From an uncultured Bacteroidales bacterium (lineage in GTDB: Bacteria > Bacteroidota > Bacteroidia > Bacteroidales > FEN-979): a stretch of DNA of 64,000 nucleotides. Positions 47,001-55,079 of this stretch are shown here, in pieces. Position numbers and translations under genes: made by a program. How positions within the stretch are numbered: the first letter of the stretch is position 1; each line of letters opens with the position of its first letter. The stretch spans positions 15,679 through 79,678 of the forward strand of contig CAILVF010000012.1 in NCBI GenBank assembly GCA_903837605.1. Direction: 5' to 3'. The notes below the pieces were generated by a model. It was not told the DNA's origin. It saw nothing but the letters and a program-made list of their open reading frames with translations, and made no database searches.

Positions 47001-48050
47001 TCAAACCCTCTTTTGTGCAACACGGGTTATATGATCTATTACCCGAATACTTCAAACACTTATACATTCACCGGCACCCTGAATACTGGTTCATATTCTC
47101 TCGCTGTCTCAAACGGGGGAACCTACACCTTCAACCTGGTCCCCAATCCTTACCCCTCAGCCATTAACTGGGGCTCTTCGGGAGGATGGGTGAAAAACAA
47201 TATCGGTGCTACCGCTTATATCTGGCCTGCAGGTGCAGGGAACTATACAACAATAACAGCCAGCAGCAATTATAATATACCTGCCGGACAGTCCTTTATG
47301 GTGATGACCAGCGGATCACCCACTCTCACTGTCAACAATAGTGCTTGCGTTCACAGTACCCAGGCCTTCTATAAATCCGCTGAGGCCAGCACCTTAAAGA
47401 TCTCCGCTCAATCCAATAATTACTACGACGAGACCTTTGTGGGATTTAACAGTTCGGCAAGCCCTGATTTCGATCCTCAACTCGACGGCTTCAAGCTCTG
47501 GGGGCTCAAAGATGCTCCCCAGCTATGGACCGAAAAAGGGGAATCAAGGCTGAGTGTTAACGAATTGCCTCCGCCCTCAGGGGCCCTGGTCGTTCCCCTG
47601 GACTTTAAAACGAGCTATGCGGGGCAGGTAACCCTTAATGTTACTGGTGTTGAAACTTTCGACCCTTCTCTTCCTGTAAGGCTTCAGGACCATCTCAACG
47701 GATCAATGACCGACCTGAGGCAAAACAACAGCTATGTGTTTAACCATGATACTTCAAACACTGAAAAGAGGTTCAGCCTTGTGTTCGGTTATCCCGACGG
47801 GATCAATACAAACCTTTCCAATATCGGCAAAGCTTTTATCAGCAATGGCAGGATCTACCTGGACGTTCCCACAATGCAGGGCCATCTTGCCAAAATCACC
47901 CTGTATGATATGCTGGGGCAGGTCATCCGCAGTCAGGAAAAAACAATGGACGGGATCATCAGCATTGAAGCGCCCCTTGCTCAGGGTATTTACATTGTAA
48001 GTGTTTCTTCCGGGGGCAGGAATTTTGTCACTAAAGTCGTCAACAAGTAA
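44070..48050 (+). CDS. large T9SS-secreted beta-helix adhesin-like protein, paralog of 7915..14400
   Basis: The Met at 44070 starts a signal peptide (MKHRILLSLLVLLSGSMLLNAQ). There is colinear similarity to the giant protein, for example LSISGNISSNPLIDLNGADNVTIDGRENA versus LSISGNLATPLIDLNGADNVTIDGRVNA. The C-terminus (ITLYDMLGQVI...GIYIVSVSSGGRNFVTKVVNK) is CTD-like. Confidence 0.75.
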   Translation: MKHRILLSLLVLLSGSMLLNAQVTVSGAHASSNGTYTKLSLAFTAINNYSQTGNNIVITITSSPTAETGPATLNAGAWTSVSIYPKSADLSISGNISSNPLIDLNGADNVTIDGRENATGFKVSLVISNSSTSSGNNTSTIRFNNDATYNTIKYCKIQGSTTTGDQGILSFKNTATTTGNSNNTIDHNEITNAAGNRPRNALFSCGKSEAVPNSSNTVSNNNIYDVLNLSQNYTKAIALYTSNDAAPNNSYNTVWTISGNSFYETQDITTSGSNGDVKLIFVWADQGSGFTISNNYIGGSGPLCSGTWTKANGNSSFIVMWLNAKQAGLTNSIQGNTIKNFNLTNSGAASLSGIYANGGDNNVSNNCIGASTGTGSIILTNGSTGGSFVGINQGVYCSSTCSNNTIGSITVANSNSAYATNFIGIDIGSSCGTGSASNNLIGSTMTTNSINATSASNSNAQTVIGIRSYGSATVNISNNNIANLTNGTTNTTTTTQGYIYGIYPFQGVNIITGNSIHDLTIANANDGSGPVISTGFPNTSLSVGGIVAPIYNGNNQTISNNTIYNISNSYSSFTGHLAGIYHYGQSSASSVNGNLIYGLSVSSSSTSASVHGIKIGQGGTTYSNNIIILGGNTTTNLYGIYESGAASTTSYIYFNTVYLSGSPTSGSLNSACLYNASTSSTRNFRNNIFHNARSNSGASGKHYAMYIQNTGGGLTCDYNDYYVTGTGGTLGYYGADKSTSVIVTGQDTYSLNLNPSFANAGGNNGVDYIPSTPIPAATETGIITDYGGSTRSLLSPEMGAWEKNNTLTWTGSSSTDWSVAGNWDLGSAPLASSIVSIPSAPANQPHITSSVSSPATCNNLTIASGAVLTIDPGKALTVNGTLTNSAGNSGLVIKSDVPGTGSLIQSSSSVDATIERYISGSSTLTANMYHMVSIPVYYGSPTSNLFLGSYLYKLDATQVDPTNSNYYGLWVNMGTSTSNPLLCNTGYMIYYPNTSNTYTFTGTLNTGSYSLAVSNGGTYTFNLVPNPYPSAINWGSSGGWVKNNIGATAYIWPAGAGNYTTITASSNYNIPAGQSFMVMTSGSPTLTVNNSACVHSTQAFYKSAEASTLKISAQSNNYYDETFVGFNSSASPDFDPQLDGFKLWGLKDAPQLWTEKGESRLSVNELPPPSGALVVPLDFKTSYAGQVTLNVTGVETFDPSLPVRLQDHLNGSMTDLRQNNSYVFNHDTSNTEKRFSLVFGYPDGINTNLSNIGKAFISNGRIYLDVPTMQGHLAKITLYDMLGQVIRSQEKTMDGIISIEAPLAQGIYIVSVSSGGRNFVTKVVNK

Positions 48051-48062
48051 AACATACATTCT

Positions 48063-48332
48063 ATGAAAAAGCAGGCATATTTCTTACTGATCGCAGTTTT
48101 CGTATGTTTAAGCATGGTCGTAACAGCCGACCCTCCTCCTCCACCGGGCGACCCAAGCACTGGAGGCGGCGGTTCCGGCGGCCCTGTTGGCGCCCCGATA
48201 GATGGAGGACTTGGCATACTGCTGGCCATGGGCGTTGCATATGGTGGGCGGAAGTATTTCCAGGCCCGGAAATCAAAGAAAAAGGAAGGGGAAGAAGCGA
48301 AAGCCACTGAAATTCCGTATGAGGTCCTTTAA
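48063..48332 (+). CDS. mini-protein: signal peptide + Pro/Gly linker + PID-motif / TM helix / basic cluster (PID-CTERM-like sorting tag)
   Basis: 89 aa: MKKQAYFLLIAVFVCLSMVVTA | DPPPPPGDPSTGGGGSGGPVGA | PIDGG LGILLAMGVAYGG RKYFQARKSKKK + acidic tail. It starts 12 nt after the adhesin stop. Confidence 0.5.
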   Translation: MKKQAYFLLIAVFVCLSMVVTADPPPPPGDPSTGGGGSGGPVGAPIDGGLGILLAMGVAYGGRKYFQARKSKKKEGEEAKATEIPYEVL

Positions 48333-48355
48333 CTGGAAAAGCCCCGGGCACTTCA

Positions 48356-48835
48356 ATGAAAAAAATAATCCTGTTATTCTTTCTTTTCCTGACCATTAGT
48401 TCTTTGGTTGCACCTCAGGTTAAGGTTTATAAAGGGACTTCAGCCTATAGTTCTGATATAATCTGCACGGTTGAAGATGGGAAAGTATATAAGAAAACCT
48501 CTTCCTATACCAGCGACATTCTCTGTCATGTTGCAAAAAACCGTATTTACAAAGGGACTTCCAGCTATACCAGCGATGTGATCTATACCATTACAGATGG
48601 TAAGGTTTACAAAGGGACCTCTTCCTATTCCTCGGATATAGAATTTACCATCAAAGACAGCAGGATTTATAAGGGAACTTCTTCCTATACCAGCGATATT
48701 CTGGCGACAATAAAAGACAACAAGGTATATAGCGGAACTTCTTCCTACACTTCCGACACAGAGTTCACAATCAACGGGAACCTTACCGTAGAAGAGTTTG
48801 TTGCGGTTTGGTATGCTGTAAAATACTGTTACTGA
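48356..48835 (+). CDS. secreted tandem-repeat protein (6 x 20 aa [KR][VI]YKGTSSYTSD....T...)
   Basis: Signal peptide MKKIILLFFLFLTISSLVAPQ, six perfect-period 20-aa repeats, and a hydrophobic/aromatic tail LTVEEFVAVWYAVKYCY. Confidence 0.6.
   Translation: MKKIILLFFLFLTISSLVAPQVKVYKGTSAYSSDIICTVEDGKVYKKTSSYTSDILCHVAKNRIYKGTSSYTSDVIYTITDGKVYKGTSSYSSDIEFTIKDSRIYKGTSSYTSDILATIKDNKVYSGTSSYTSDTEFTINGNLTVEEFVAVWYAVKYCY
48422..48781 (+). repeat. six tandem 60-nt coding repeats
   Basis: Repeat units by amino acids: KVYKGTSAYSSDIICTVEDG, KVYKKTSSYTSDILCHVAKN, RIYKGTSSYTSDVIYTITDG, KVYKGTSSYSSDIEFTIKDS, RIYKGTSSYTSDILATIKDN, KVYSGTSSYTSDTEFTINGN. Confidence 0.9.
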
Positions 48836-49109
48836 CATGTCCTTGTGTTTATTCCCTGTCCTGATCTTTATCCTCAGAATTAGGCGGGAGTATCAGAATA
48901 AAATTGACCAACTGATTTATTTCCCCTTTCGAATTTTTTTATTCCATAGGATATGGATTTCGATTTTTTTTTCATCTTTGCCTGACAATACCATAGGAAA
49001 GTAGATCCGTAAATTCCTGTTAAGTAGTATGATGAGGCACCGCCAGGTGAAAAACAGCATGACAAATACAATGCAGAAATTTTAATAAGCAACCCCAAAC
49101 CCTTATATT

Positions 49110-49892
49110 ATGAAGCTCAAACATTTTCCCATCGTCTTGTTAGCAGGCTTGTTCCTGTTGTTTTCCTCCTGTAAAAAGAAGGATGACCAAACAACATCAA
49201 CCACGCCTACTACGACCCTTAATGCAGCCGTCACAGGAGGCACACTGATTTACACTCATATGGAGACTTTTATGACAGCTGCCATCAAAGTTGCTGCCGA
49301 CTCCGGCCATATCTTCTTTTTTCCGAATAATGACACTAATACACTAAAACTAAAATCAGCAAATGACATTCCCGGATGGACCGGCCCGGATGCCCTGGGA
49401 TATTTTACCCGCTACTATACCAGTTCAGGTTATACATTCACCGAAAGGATACACGTCGGCGATACGATCGATTATTTAATTACGATGGCGTATTCAGGGG
49501 CGGATGGAAATTTTGAAATGAAAACAACAACCAAGTACATAAGGAAAACGACAGGAGGCAAAACCACATGGGACGGATACAGCATTTGGGATGTAAGTAA
49601 TTTCGGAGATAATCAAATTTCCCGCTGGCAGTGGAAAATGGTATTCGCAGACTGGGATCCCGCGACATCTGCAGGAACGTATGACTGGTTCTGGGGTGTA
49701 TCTGAAAACCTGGGAGGGAACACAGTGCCGTTCCATCGTTTCCAGCATATAGTTGCAACCCAGACTACACCTTCCGGCTGGTTACATTGCAATGTTATTT
49801 TTTATGATCAAGCAGGAGTCCAGGTTTGGAATTTCTCATACGATACCCCCTGGCTCCCTGTTGAAATGCCAGTGATTCCAAACTGGCCCTAG
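49110..49892 (+). CDS. hypothetical lipoprotein
   Basis: Lipobox-like LLFSSCKKKDD followed by a Thr-rich linker. Trp-rich 260-aa body with no recognised motif. Confidence 0.55.
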   Translation: MKLKHFPIVLLAGLFLLFSSCKKKDDQTTSTTPTTTLNAAVTGGTLIYTHMETFMTAAIKVAADSGHIFFFPNNDTNTLKLKSANDIPGWTGPDALGYFTRYYTSSGYTFTERIHVGDTIDYLITMAYSGADGNFEMKTTTKYIRKTTGGKTTWDGYSIWDVSNFGDNQISRWQWKMVFADWDPATSAGTYDWFWGVSENLGGNTVPFHRFQHIVATQTTPSGWLHCNVIFYDQAGVQVWNFSYDTPWLPVEMPVIPNWP

Positions 49893-49959
49893 TCAGGGTT
49901 TTTGCTTGTATTTGTGCTTGAGGTGGCCAGGAATTTTTATGGTTACCTGGAATTATAAT

Positions 49960-49995
49960 CGAAGCTGCCCCAAAAGGGTGGCTTCGTTTATTTTA
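49960..49995 (+). terminator. intrinsic terminator
   Basis: CGAAGCTGCCCC-aaaa-GGGTGGCTTCG forms an 11-bp stem, two of the pairs G-U, followed by TTTATTTTA. It lies 68 nt after the stop at 49892. Confidence 0.6.
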
Positions 49996-50227
49996 TGAAT
50001 TTCCTTCTCGCCATTTTCTCAATTTTCTGCGTAATGACCATTATCAGAAATATCCATTAGAAATATTCTTACATTTATTGTGAGATGGTTACTTTATAAC
50101 GAGCCCGTAACCGAAACAAACCAAGGATATGTTGCCTGGCAATGGCACTGCCTGTGCTGCATTTAGCGAAGGGGATTTGGCGGCAAGGTAAAAAAATGAC
50201 ACAGTAATATGAAGTAAATTAAGAATT

Positions 50228-51337
50228 ATGAGGAACAGATTATTAGTAACAACTGGATTTTTGCTGATACTATCAACAGCATACTCTGAAGCAGATAAAT
50301 TTAAAACCTATGAAGCAGAAACAAAAGGAATAAAAATCGAGATTAATACTAAACTTGAATTATTTCATATAATGGCTTACCTGGGTAATTCAAATCATCT
50401 GAACAATTTTGATTTCGGTTATAAATCTGATATAAACACATTCTTTGCTGGAAATAAAAATGATTATTCAGTTCAATTCATAAAAAAGGTTTTGCAGAAT
50501 TATAATGCTCATTTATCAATAGATGGACAATTCTTTGATGAAAATTTTAAAAAAGATACTTCATTTTTAAAATTTCTACAATTAGATAATTTTGGATTGC
50601 TCAACACATTGGCCAATAAATCCATTATAATTGATAGTCTTAATGAAGCAGTTGAGTCATTTGCGAAAGTTAGCCAATTTGAGAAATTCATTGAAAGTCA
50701 CAAGGGATATTATCAACAGAAAATTGACCAGGTAGCAAAAGAGATTTCAGGCCTTGATATGATTAATGATTTTGAGACATTTTGGGGAGCAAAAAAGGAC
50801 TGCTATATTATAGTAATTACTATGCTTGAACAGGATTTACATGCATATTGGTTTACAAACAATAATAAATCAACTTGCGTATTTTTCTTATCACCGAAAT
50901 TCGTTGTTGATAATGATGCAAAATTTGGAAACAGCGATATAACTGATCTCAGAGAAGGTAAAATGGCTGCCAGGGATTATTTATATTATGGGGCCACACA
51001 TGAGATCGGACATTCTTTTCTGAATCCCATTATGGATAATTACAGTAAACAAATAGACCGGATTGCATTTCAATATTCTACAGCAGACCCATCAAAGATT
51101 ACTTTTTTATGTGAATCATACCTTCGTAGCTTAACAGCATACTTTTTGATTAAAAACAAACATGATGAGTTCGCACAGATGGTTATACAAGGTGAAAAAC
51201 AACAAGGATATGTCTATAACGAAATTATAGTTGAATTAATTAAGGAATATGAGAATAGTCGTAATAATTATAAAAGCTTCAATGATTATGTTCCTGTTTT
51301 CTTAAACAAATTAAAACATAAAGTCGAAAATAACTAA
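50228..51337 (+). CDS. putative secreted zinc metallopeptidase-like protein (HEXXH; DUF4932-like)
   Basis: Signal peptide, then GATHEIGHSFLNP (HEXXH). The gene is markedly more AT-rich than its neighbours. Confidence 0.5.
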   Translation: MRNRLLVTTGFLLILSTAYSEADKFKTYEAETKGIKIEINTKLELFHIMAYLGNSNHLNNFDFGYKSDINTFFAGNKNDYSVQFIKKVLQNYNAHLSIDGQFFDENFKKDTSFLKFLQLDNFGLLNTLANKSIIIDSLNEAVESFAKVSQFEKFIESHKGYYQQKIDQVAKEISGLDMINDFETFWGAKKDCYIIVITMLEQDLHAYWFTNNNKSTCVFFLSPKFVVDNDAKFGNSDITDLREGKMAARDYLYYGATHEIGHSFLNPIMDNYSKQIDRIAFQYSTADPSKITFLCESYLRSLTAYFLIKNKHDEFAQMVIQGEKQQGYVYNEIIVELIKEYENSRNNYKSFNDYVPVFLNKLKHKVENN

Positions 51338-51478
51338 AACACTATCAACCGCAACAATATTAACAGGGTATATTTTGTGAAACCTGTTGCCTTTCCTGGG
51401 CCTGATACCGGAGATCACCCGGATTTCTTACTTTTGGCAAATAGATCTCTTGTTAATTTTCATGATAAAAACCCTCTT

Positions 51479-52582
51479 ATGAAAAAGATTGCTGTTTATT
51501 TCTTGTTTCTCCTTGCCGGATCCTGGCTCCTGATAGTATTCCCATCTTGTAAAAAAAGTTCGAATGATTCCGGTTCCTCGGTGATATCCTATTCCAAAAT
51601 TACCTACCTGGGTACTACAAACCTGTCGGTTGCACGAACTCTGATGGTTGGAGCCTCTGCCGGTAATAAGATTGTGTTTGCCGGCGGTTACAACACTACT
51701 TCTGATTTCAATACTGTCGACATTTACGATGTTGCGACAGGTACCTGGACCGCTTCACAATTGTCGGAAAGCAAATACGGCCTGAGCGCTGGCACATATG
51801 ACAACCTGATCTATTTTGGCGGAGGATGGACGCCAGGCGGGGTGGTGTCAAAGGTCGTCGATATCTACAATACCAAGTCGCAGTCGTGGACATCCTCTTT
51901 GCTCAGCCAGCCAAGGGGAGACCTGGCCGGAACATCAATCGGACAATATGTTATGTTTGCAGGAGGATGGGGTTTAGGTGGTGAATCCAATGTAGTCGAC
52001 ATCCTGAATGCAGGAACTGAAACCTGGACGACTGGTTTCCTGAGTGAGGCCAGGGAATATCCTGCTGCAACATCCTGCGGCACAAAAATGTTCATTGCCG
52101 GCGGTGAGACAGGTGTCTCAATTTACTCGGATGCAGTGGATATTTTTGATTACCAGACAGGTCTGTGGACTTATGATCACCTTTCCTTTGGCAGAGGCCA
52201 GATGGTGGCCGCCACATCAGGCAGCAAAGTTTTTTTCGCCGGGGGGCATAACAACGATTCGTTGTTCAGCAGGGTTGACATCTACGATATCAACACCAAA
52301 AACTGGGCAGTAACTTTCCTGAGCAAGGCAAGAAACTATATTACAGCGGCATCGGCGGGTAATCTCGTCATTTTTGCAGGTGGACTCACGCCCGCAGGAT
52401 CAGTTGGTACCATCGATGTTTACAATGTTTCAACCGGCAAATGGACAACTGCAAGCCTCAGCATCCCAAGATTTGAGTTAACGGCGGTTGCCTGCGGAAA
52501 CAAGATCCTGATCGCGGGTGGAACAACTAATATAAGTACAGGTGCCGTGTCAGCGGCTGTCGATGTATTTCAGGCAGAGTGA
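51479..52582 (+). CDS. Kelch-repeat lipoprotein (beta-propeller)
   Basis: The ATG at 51479 gives MKKIAVYFLFLLAGSWLLIVFPSCKK. About six to seven repeats of (V/F)FAGG......(V)DI(Y/F)(D/N)..T..W(T). The listed GTG at 51377 would add non-signal residues. Confidence 0.7.
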   Translation: MKKIAVYFLFLLAGSWLLIVFPSCKKSSNDSGSSVISYSKITYLGTTNLSVARTLMVGASAGNKIVFAGGYNTTSDFNTVDIYDVATGTWTASQLSESKYGLSAGTYDNLIYFGGGWTPGGVVSKVVDIYNTKSQSWTSSLLSQPRGDLAGTSIGQYVMFAGGWGLGGESNVVDILNAGTETWTTGFLSEAREYPAATSCGTKMFIAGGETGVSIYSDAVDIFDYQTGLWTYDHLSFGRGQMVAATSGSKVFFAGGHNNDSLFSRVDIYDINTKNWAVTFLSKARNYITAASAGNLVIFAGGLTPAGSVGTIDVYNVSTGKWTTASLSIPRFELTAVACGNKILIAGGTTNISTGAVSAAVDVFQAE

Positions 52583-52617
52583 TCAAACTCTCCTTGCCGT
52601 TTTATAATCACCACCCT

Positions 52618-53892
52618 ATGATCCCAATGAACGAGAAATTGCGTATCACCAGTAAGAACCTCCTTCTACTCACGGTAACATACCTGCTTGTTGCTGTTAC
52701 AATCAGTTCCTGCAGAAAAGAGAGCCCTGTCCCGGTTGTCCCGGGAGTTACCTGGCAGTATATCGAAACCTACGATCTGCCGAAGCTCAATCACATCCTG
52801 AATGCGGAACTTGAGGAATTCCTGGCGGGTTCGACCATGCATCTGGCCGATTTCCGGGGTCAGTTTGCTGTACCGGCCTACCCTGTAAAATTATACCGGG
52901 TAACTTATCCTACTATGGTTCCTGAACTCGGCATACACACGGTGGCCTCGGGACTGGTGGCCGTCCCCGACAACGGACTGGATTCCATGCCGGTCATATC
53001 ATATCAGCACGGAACGGTTATGCTAAAAAGTGCCTGCCCTTCAAATCCCGATTCATCGCTCGAAACAAGGCTGATGATAGCGCAGTTTGCCTCCCGGGGC
53101 TATATCGTGATCGGACCCGATTTTATCGGCCTCGGTTTATCAGATCAGCCCCATGCAGATTTCGTCAGACTTAGTACGGAACAAGCCTGCGTTGACATGC
53201 TGAATGCTGCCAATAAAGTTCTTAAAGATCAGAAAATCAGGAAGGGGCCATTGTTCCTGCATGGATGGTCGCAGGGGGGATGGGCAACTATGACCTTTCT
53301 GAGGAAGCTGGAATCCATGAACATCCATGTGACGGCTGCATCAACGGCCTGCGCTACTGCCGACTTTTTCGCCATAATGGAGAGCTGGATCAACAATCCC
53401 CAGCCCGGAGATTCTCCGGTTCTGACGGCCATTGTATCCAACTGCCTCTTTTCATACCAGTATTACCACCGGGTGAATGGCCTTTCTTCCTCGGCAATCA
53501 GGCCCGAATTTTTCCAGTTTTCCAAAGATCTTTACGGATGGAATATGGATTACATAACTTTCCTCACAAAAACAACAATCCATGTCAGGGATTTTCTGCG
53601 GCCTGATTTCATGTTGTCAGGAAATATTGGAAGTTCCCCGTTCTGGCAGATCCTCGAGCAGGCCCAGGCTTACCGCTGGCGCTGCCAGACCCCGCTGAGG
53701 ATGTATTATGGAGAGACCGATTCATTCATCCCGCTTTATCTCTCCACTCTGCCGGCAACTTATCAAAATCAATTGGGCTGCAATACCATTGCCATATCGG
53801 CAGGAGCCATAGCTGACCACGCCGCCGCCTATGTTTATTCACTTATTCATGTAAAGCCCTGGTTTGATGGCTTTGTGAAAAAAACCAATTGA
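52618..53892 (+). CDS. alpha/beta-hydrolase (lipase/esterase-like) lipoprotein
   Basis: GxSxG nucleophile elbow LHGWSQGGW. N-terminal TM/lipobox (LLLLTVTYLLVAVTISSC). The start could be 52618 or 52627; the listed GTG at 52579 overlaps the upstream stop. Confidence 0.65.
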   Translation: MIPMNEKLRITSKNLLLLTVTYLLVAVTISSCRKESPVPVVPGVTWQYIETYDLPKLNHILNAELEEFLAGSTMHLADFRGQFAVPAYPVKLYRVTYPTMVPELGIHTVASGLVAVPDNGLDSMPVISYQHGTVMLKSACPSNPDSSLETRLMIAQFASRGYIVIGPDFIGLGLSDQPHADFVRLSTEQACVDMLNAANKVLKDQKIRKGPLFLHGWSQGGWATMTFLRKLESMNIHVTAASTACATADFFAIMESWINNPQPGDSPVLTAIVSNCLFSYQYYHRVNGLSSSAIRPEFFQFSKDLYGWNMDYITFLTKTTIHVRDFLRPDFMLSGNIGSSPFWQILEQAQAYRWRCQTPLRMYYGETDSFIPLYLSTLPATYQNQLGCNTIAISAGAIADHAAAYVYSLIHVKPWFDGFVKKTN

Positions 53893-54010
53893 CAATATTA
53901 TTTCAAATGTTCAATCTTTTCAAGGCACTCCTGTTCCCCGCTTCCGAAAAGGTTCTCCCGAAAATCACTTACCCGTATTCCGATATCCGCAGTAAGATCT
54001 TTTACCCAGA

Positions 54011-55024
54011 TTAAAAAGCCCGAATTGCACGCACATAGCCGGAATAATTCTTAACGGCCCAAATGTTGAATGCGACGGGTTGAAAGCCAAGGCTCCAGGC
54101 GGAGGCTGCATCGTACTCGGAGGAACTCCAATAATAATCAAAAGCAAAACCGCCAACAACACTTCTTTGAAGGTACAACTGGTAAAGCTCGTCTTTAGAT
54201 GGTAAGAACCAGTCGTTGTAACCGTTGAAAACAAGGTCGTCGCAAATACGGGCTGCAATGCCCACCGTACTGCAGCTGTTTACAATTGCGGTCGTATTTG
54301 CCTGCCCCGTGCCGGTAACAGTAGATGTGCCGCCAAGATAGGTCCCGGCACAACCCCAGGGCGCCCCGGAACTCTGGTCGCTGGCAGCTGAAATCAATCC
54401 GTGTGTCTTTCCGGCAATATAACCTGAATCCCCGGGTTGATATATGTAAAAAACTATTCCCCCCTCGTAATTCAATCCTACGTAAACCAGCAACTGTGTT
54501 ACAGTGGTTACCGGGGATAATCCACAGGAATTATAAGCCCATATATACCGTCTGTAACTATTGCCCACAATAAGTCCCGTTTCGGTATACGATGTGTTTG
54601 TTCCCATATCTGTTGCCGTATTATAATCGCTGGTGTTGCTCCATTTATATCCGATGGCATTCGGAACGATACTCCAGCTCCATATGATCTGGGTTCCTGA
54701 AGCGACAGGAAGACCCGGGACCGGTGCCTGCGGATTGCAAAGGGAAACGGTTATCCAGCTGCCTGAAAGAAAAATGCATAATGCTCCCGACGTATTGCAG
54801 TCGGTGCAAAGGACCATCAGGCCAATAGCCGGATTGGGAATGGCATTCCGTTCCTGTAGCGTCATGCGTGGAGGCAGGAAACCTTTATTGGTAAATTTCA
54901 CATCCAGGCCAGCCGATGGATCGGCGGGGCTGTTGTCGGAGTTAATCCCAACCTGGGCATAGGTTTGGATGGTTATAAATATCAAAATTCCGATCAGGGA
55001 AAAAAGTATAATTTTCTTTTTCAT
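54011..55024 (-). CDS. secreted Fn3 + DUF1566 (Lcl C-terminal-like) protein, tandem paralog 1 of 3
   Basis: The Met at 55024 gives MKKKIILFSLIGILIFITIQTYAQ. Conserved N-module: VGINSDNSPADPSAGLDVKFTNKGFLPPRMT. One Fn3-like unit (IIWSW..VPNAIGYKW). C-terminal GYNDWFLPSKDEL...YWSSSEY...VRAIRAF. Confidence 0.7.
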   Translation of the reverse strand: MKKKIILFSLIGILIFITIQTYAQVGINSDNSPADPSAGLDVKFTNKGFLPPRMTLQERNAIPNPAIGLMVLCTDCNTSGALCIFLSGSWITVSLCNPQAPVPGLPVASGTQIIWSWSIVPNAIGYKWSNTSDYNTATDMGTNTSYTETGLIVGNSYRRYIWAYNSCGLSPVTTVTQLLVYVGLNYEGGIVFYIYQPGDSGYIAGKTHGLISAASDQSSGAPWGCAGTYLGGTSTVTGTGQANTTAIVNSCSTVGIAARICDDLVFNGYNDWFLPSKDELYQLYLQRSVVGGFAFDYYWSSSEYDAASAWSLGFQPVAFNIWAVKNYSGYVRAIRAF

Positions 55025-55079
55025 AGTCATTTTGGTTAACCAATGTCCAATCATTGTTTTTTTATTGCAGGCGGTCACG

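Noticed and set aside
47990-48399. Four overlapping ORFs around the mini-protein gene: 47990..48307(-), 48061..48396(-), 48104..48310(+), 48202..48399(+).
   Set aside because: All arise from the same GC-rich Pro/Gly-coding stretch. Only the 48063..48332 frame gives a signal peptide plus TM helix plus basic-cluster architecture, with a start right after the upstream stop.
48440-48838. 132-aa antisense ORF across the 60-nt tandem repeats.
   Set aside because: It is a repeat-derived open frame with no start context or signal. The sense frame has a clear signal peptide and conserved repeat cores.
48943-48972. TCCATA-gga-TATGGA hairpin followed by a T(9) run (possible terminator after the repeat-protein gene).
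   Set aside because: The stem is a 6-bp AT-rich stem with a 3-nt loop, which is too weak. The T-run is separated from it by 6 nt. It could function, but I cannot support it.
48880-49098. 72-aa minus-strand ORF in the 48836-49109 spacer.
   Set aside because: It has no signal, no motifs and a Cys/Tyr/Lys-rich odd composition, and it lies in an AT-rich spacer with T-runs. It is probably non-coding.
49995-50060. 21-codon hydrophobic mini-ORF (MNFLLAIFSIFCVMTIIRNIH) right after the terminator at 49960-49995; possible small membrane peptide or type I toxin.
   Set aside because: There is no recognisable promoter, partner antisense RNA or conservation evidence. AT-rich spacers generate such ORFs by chance.
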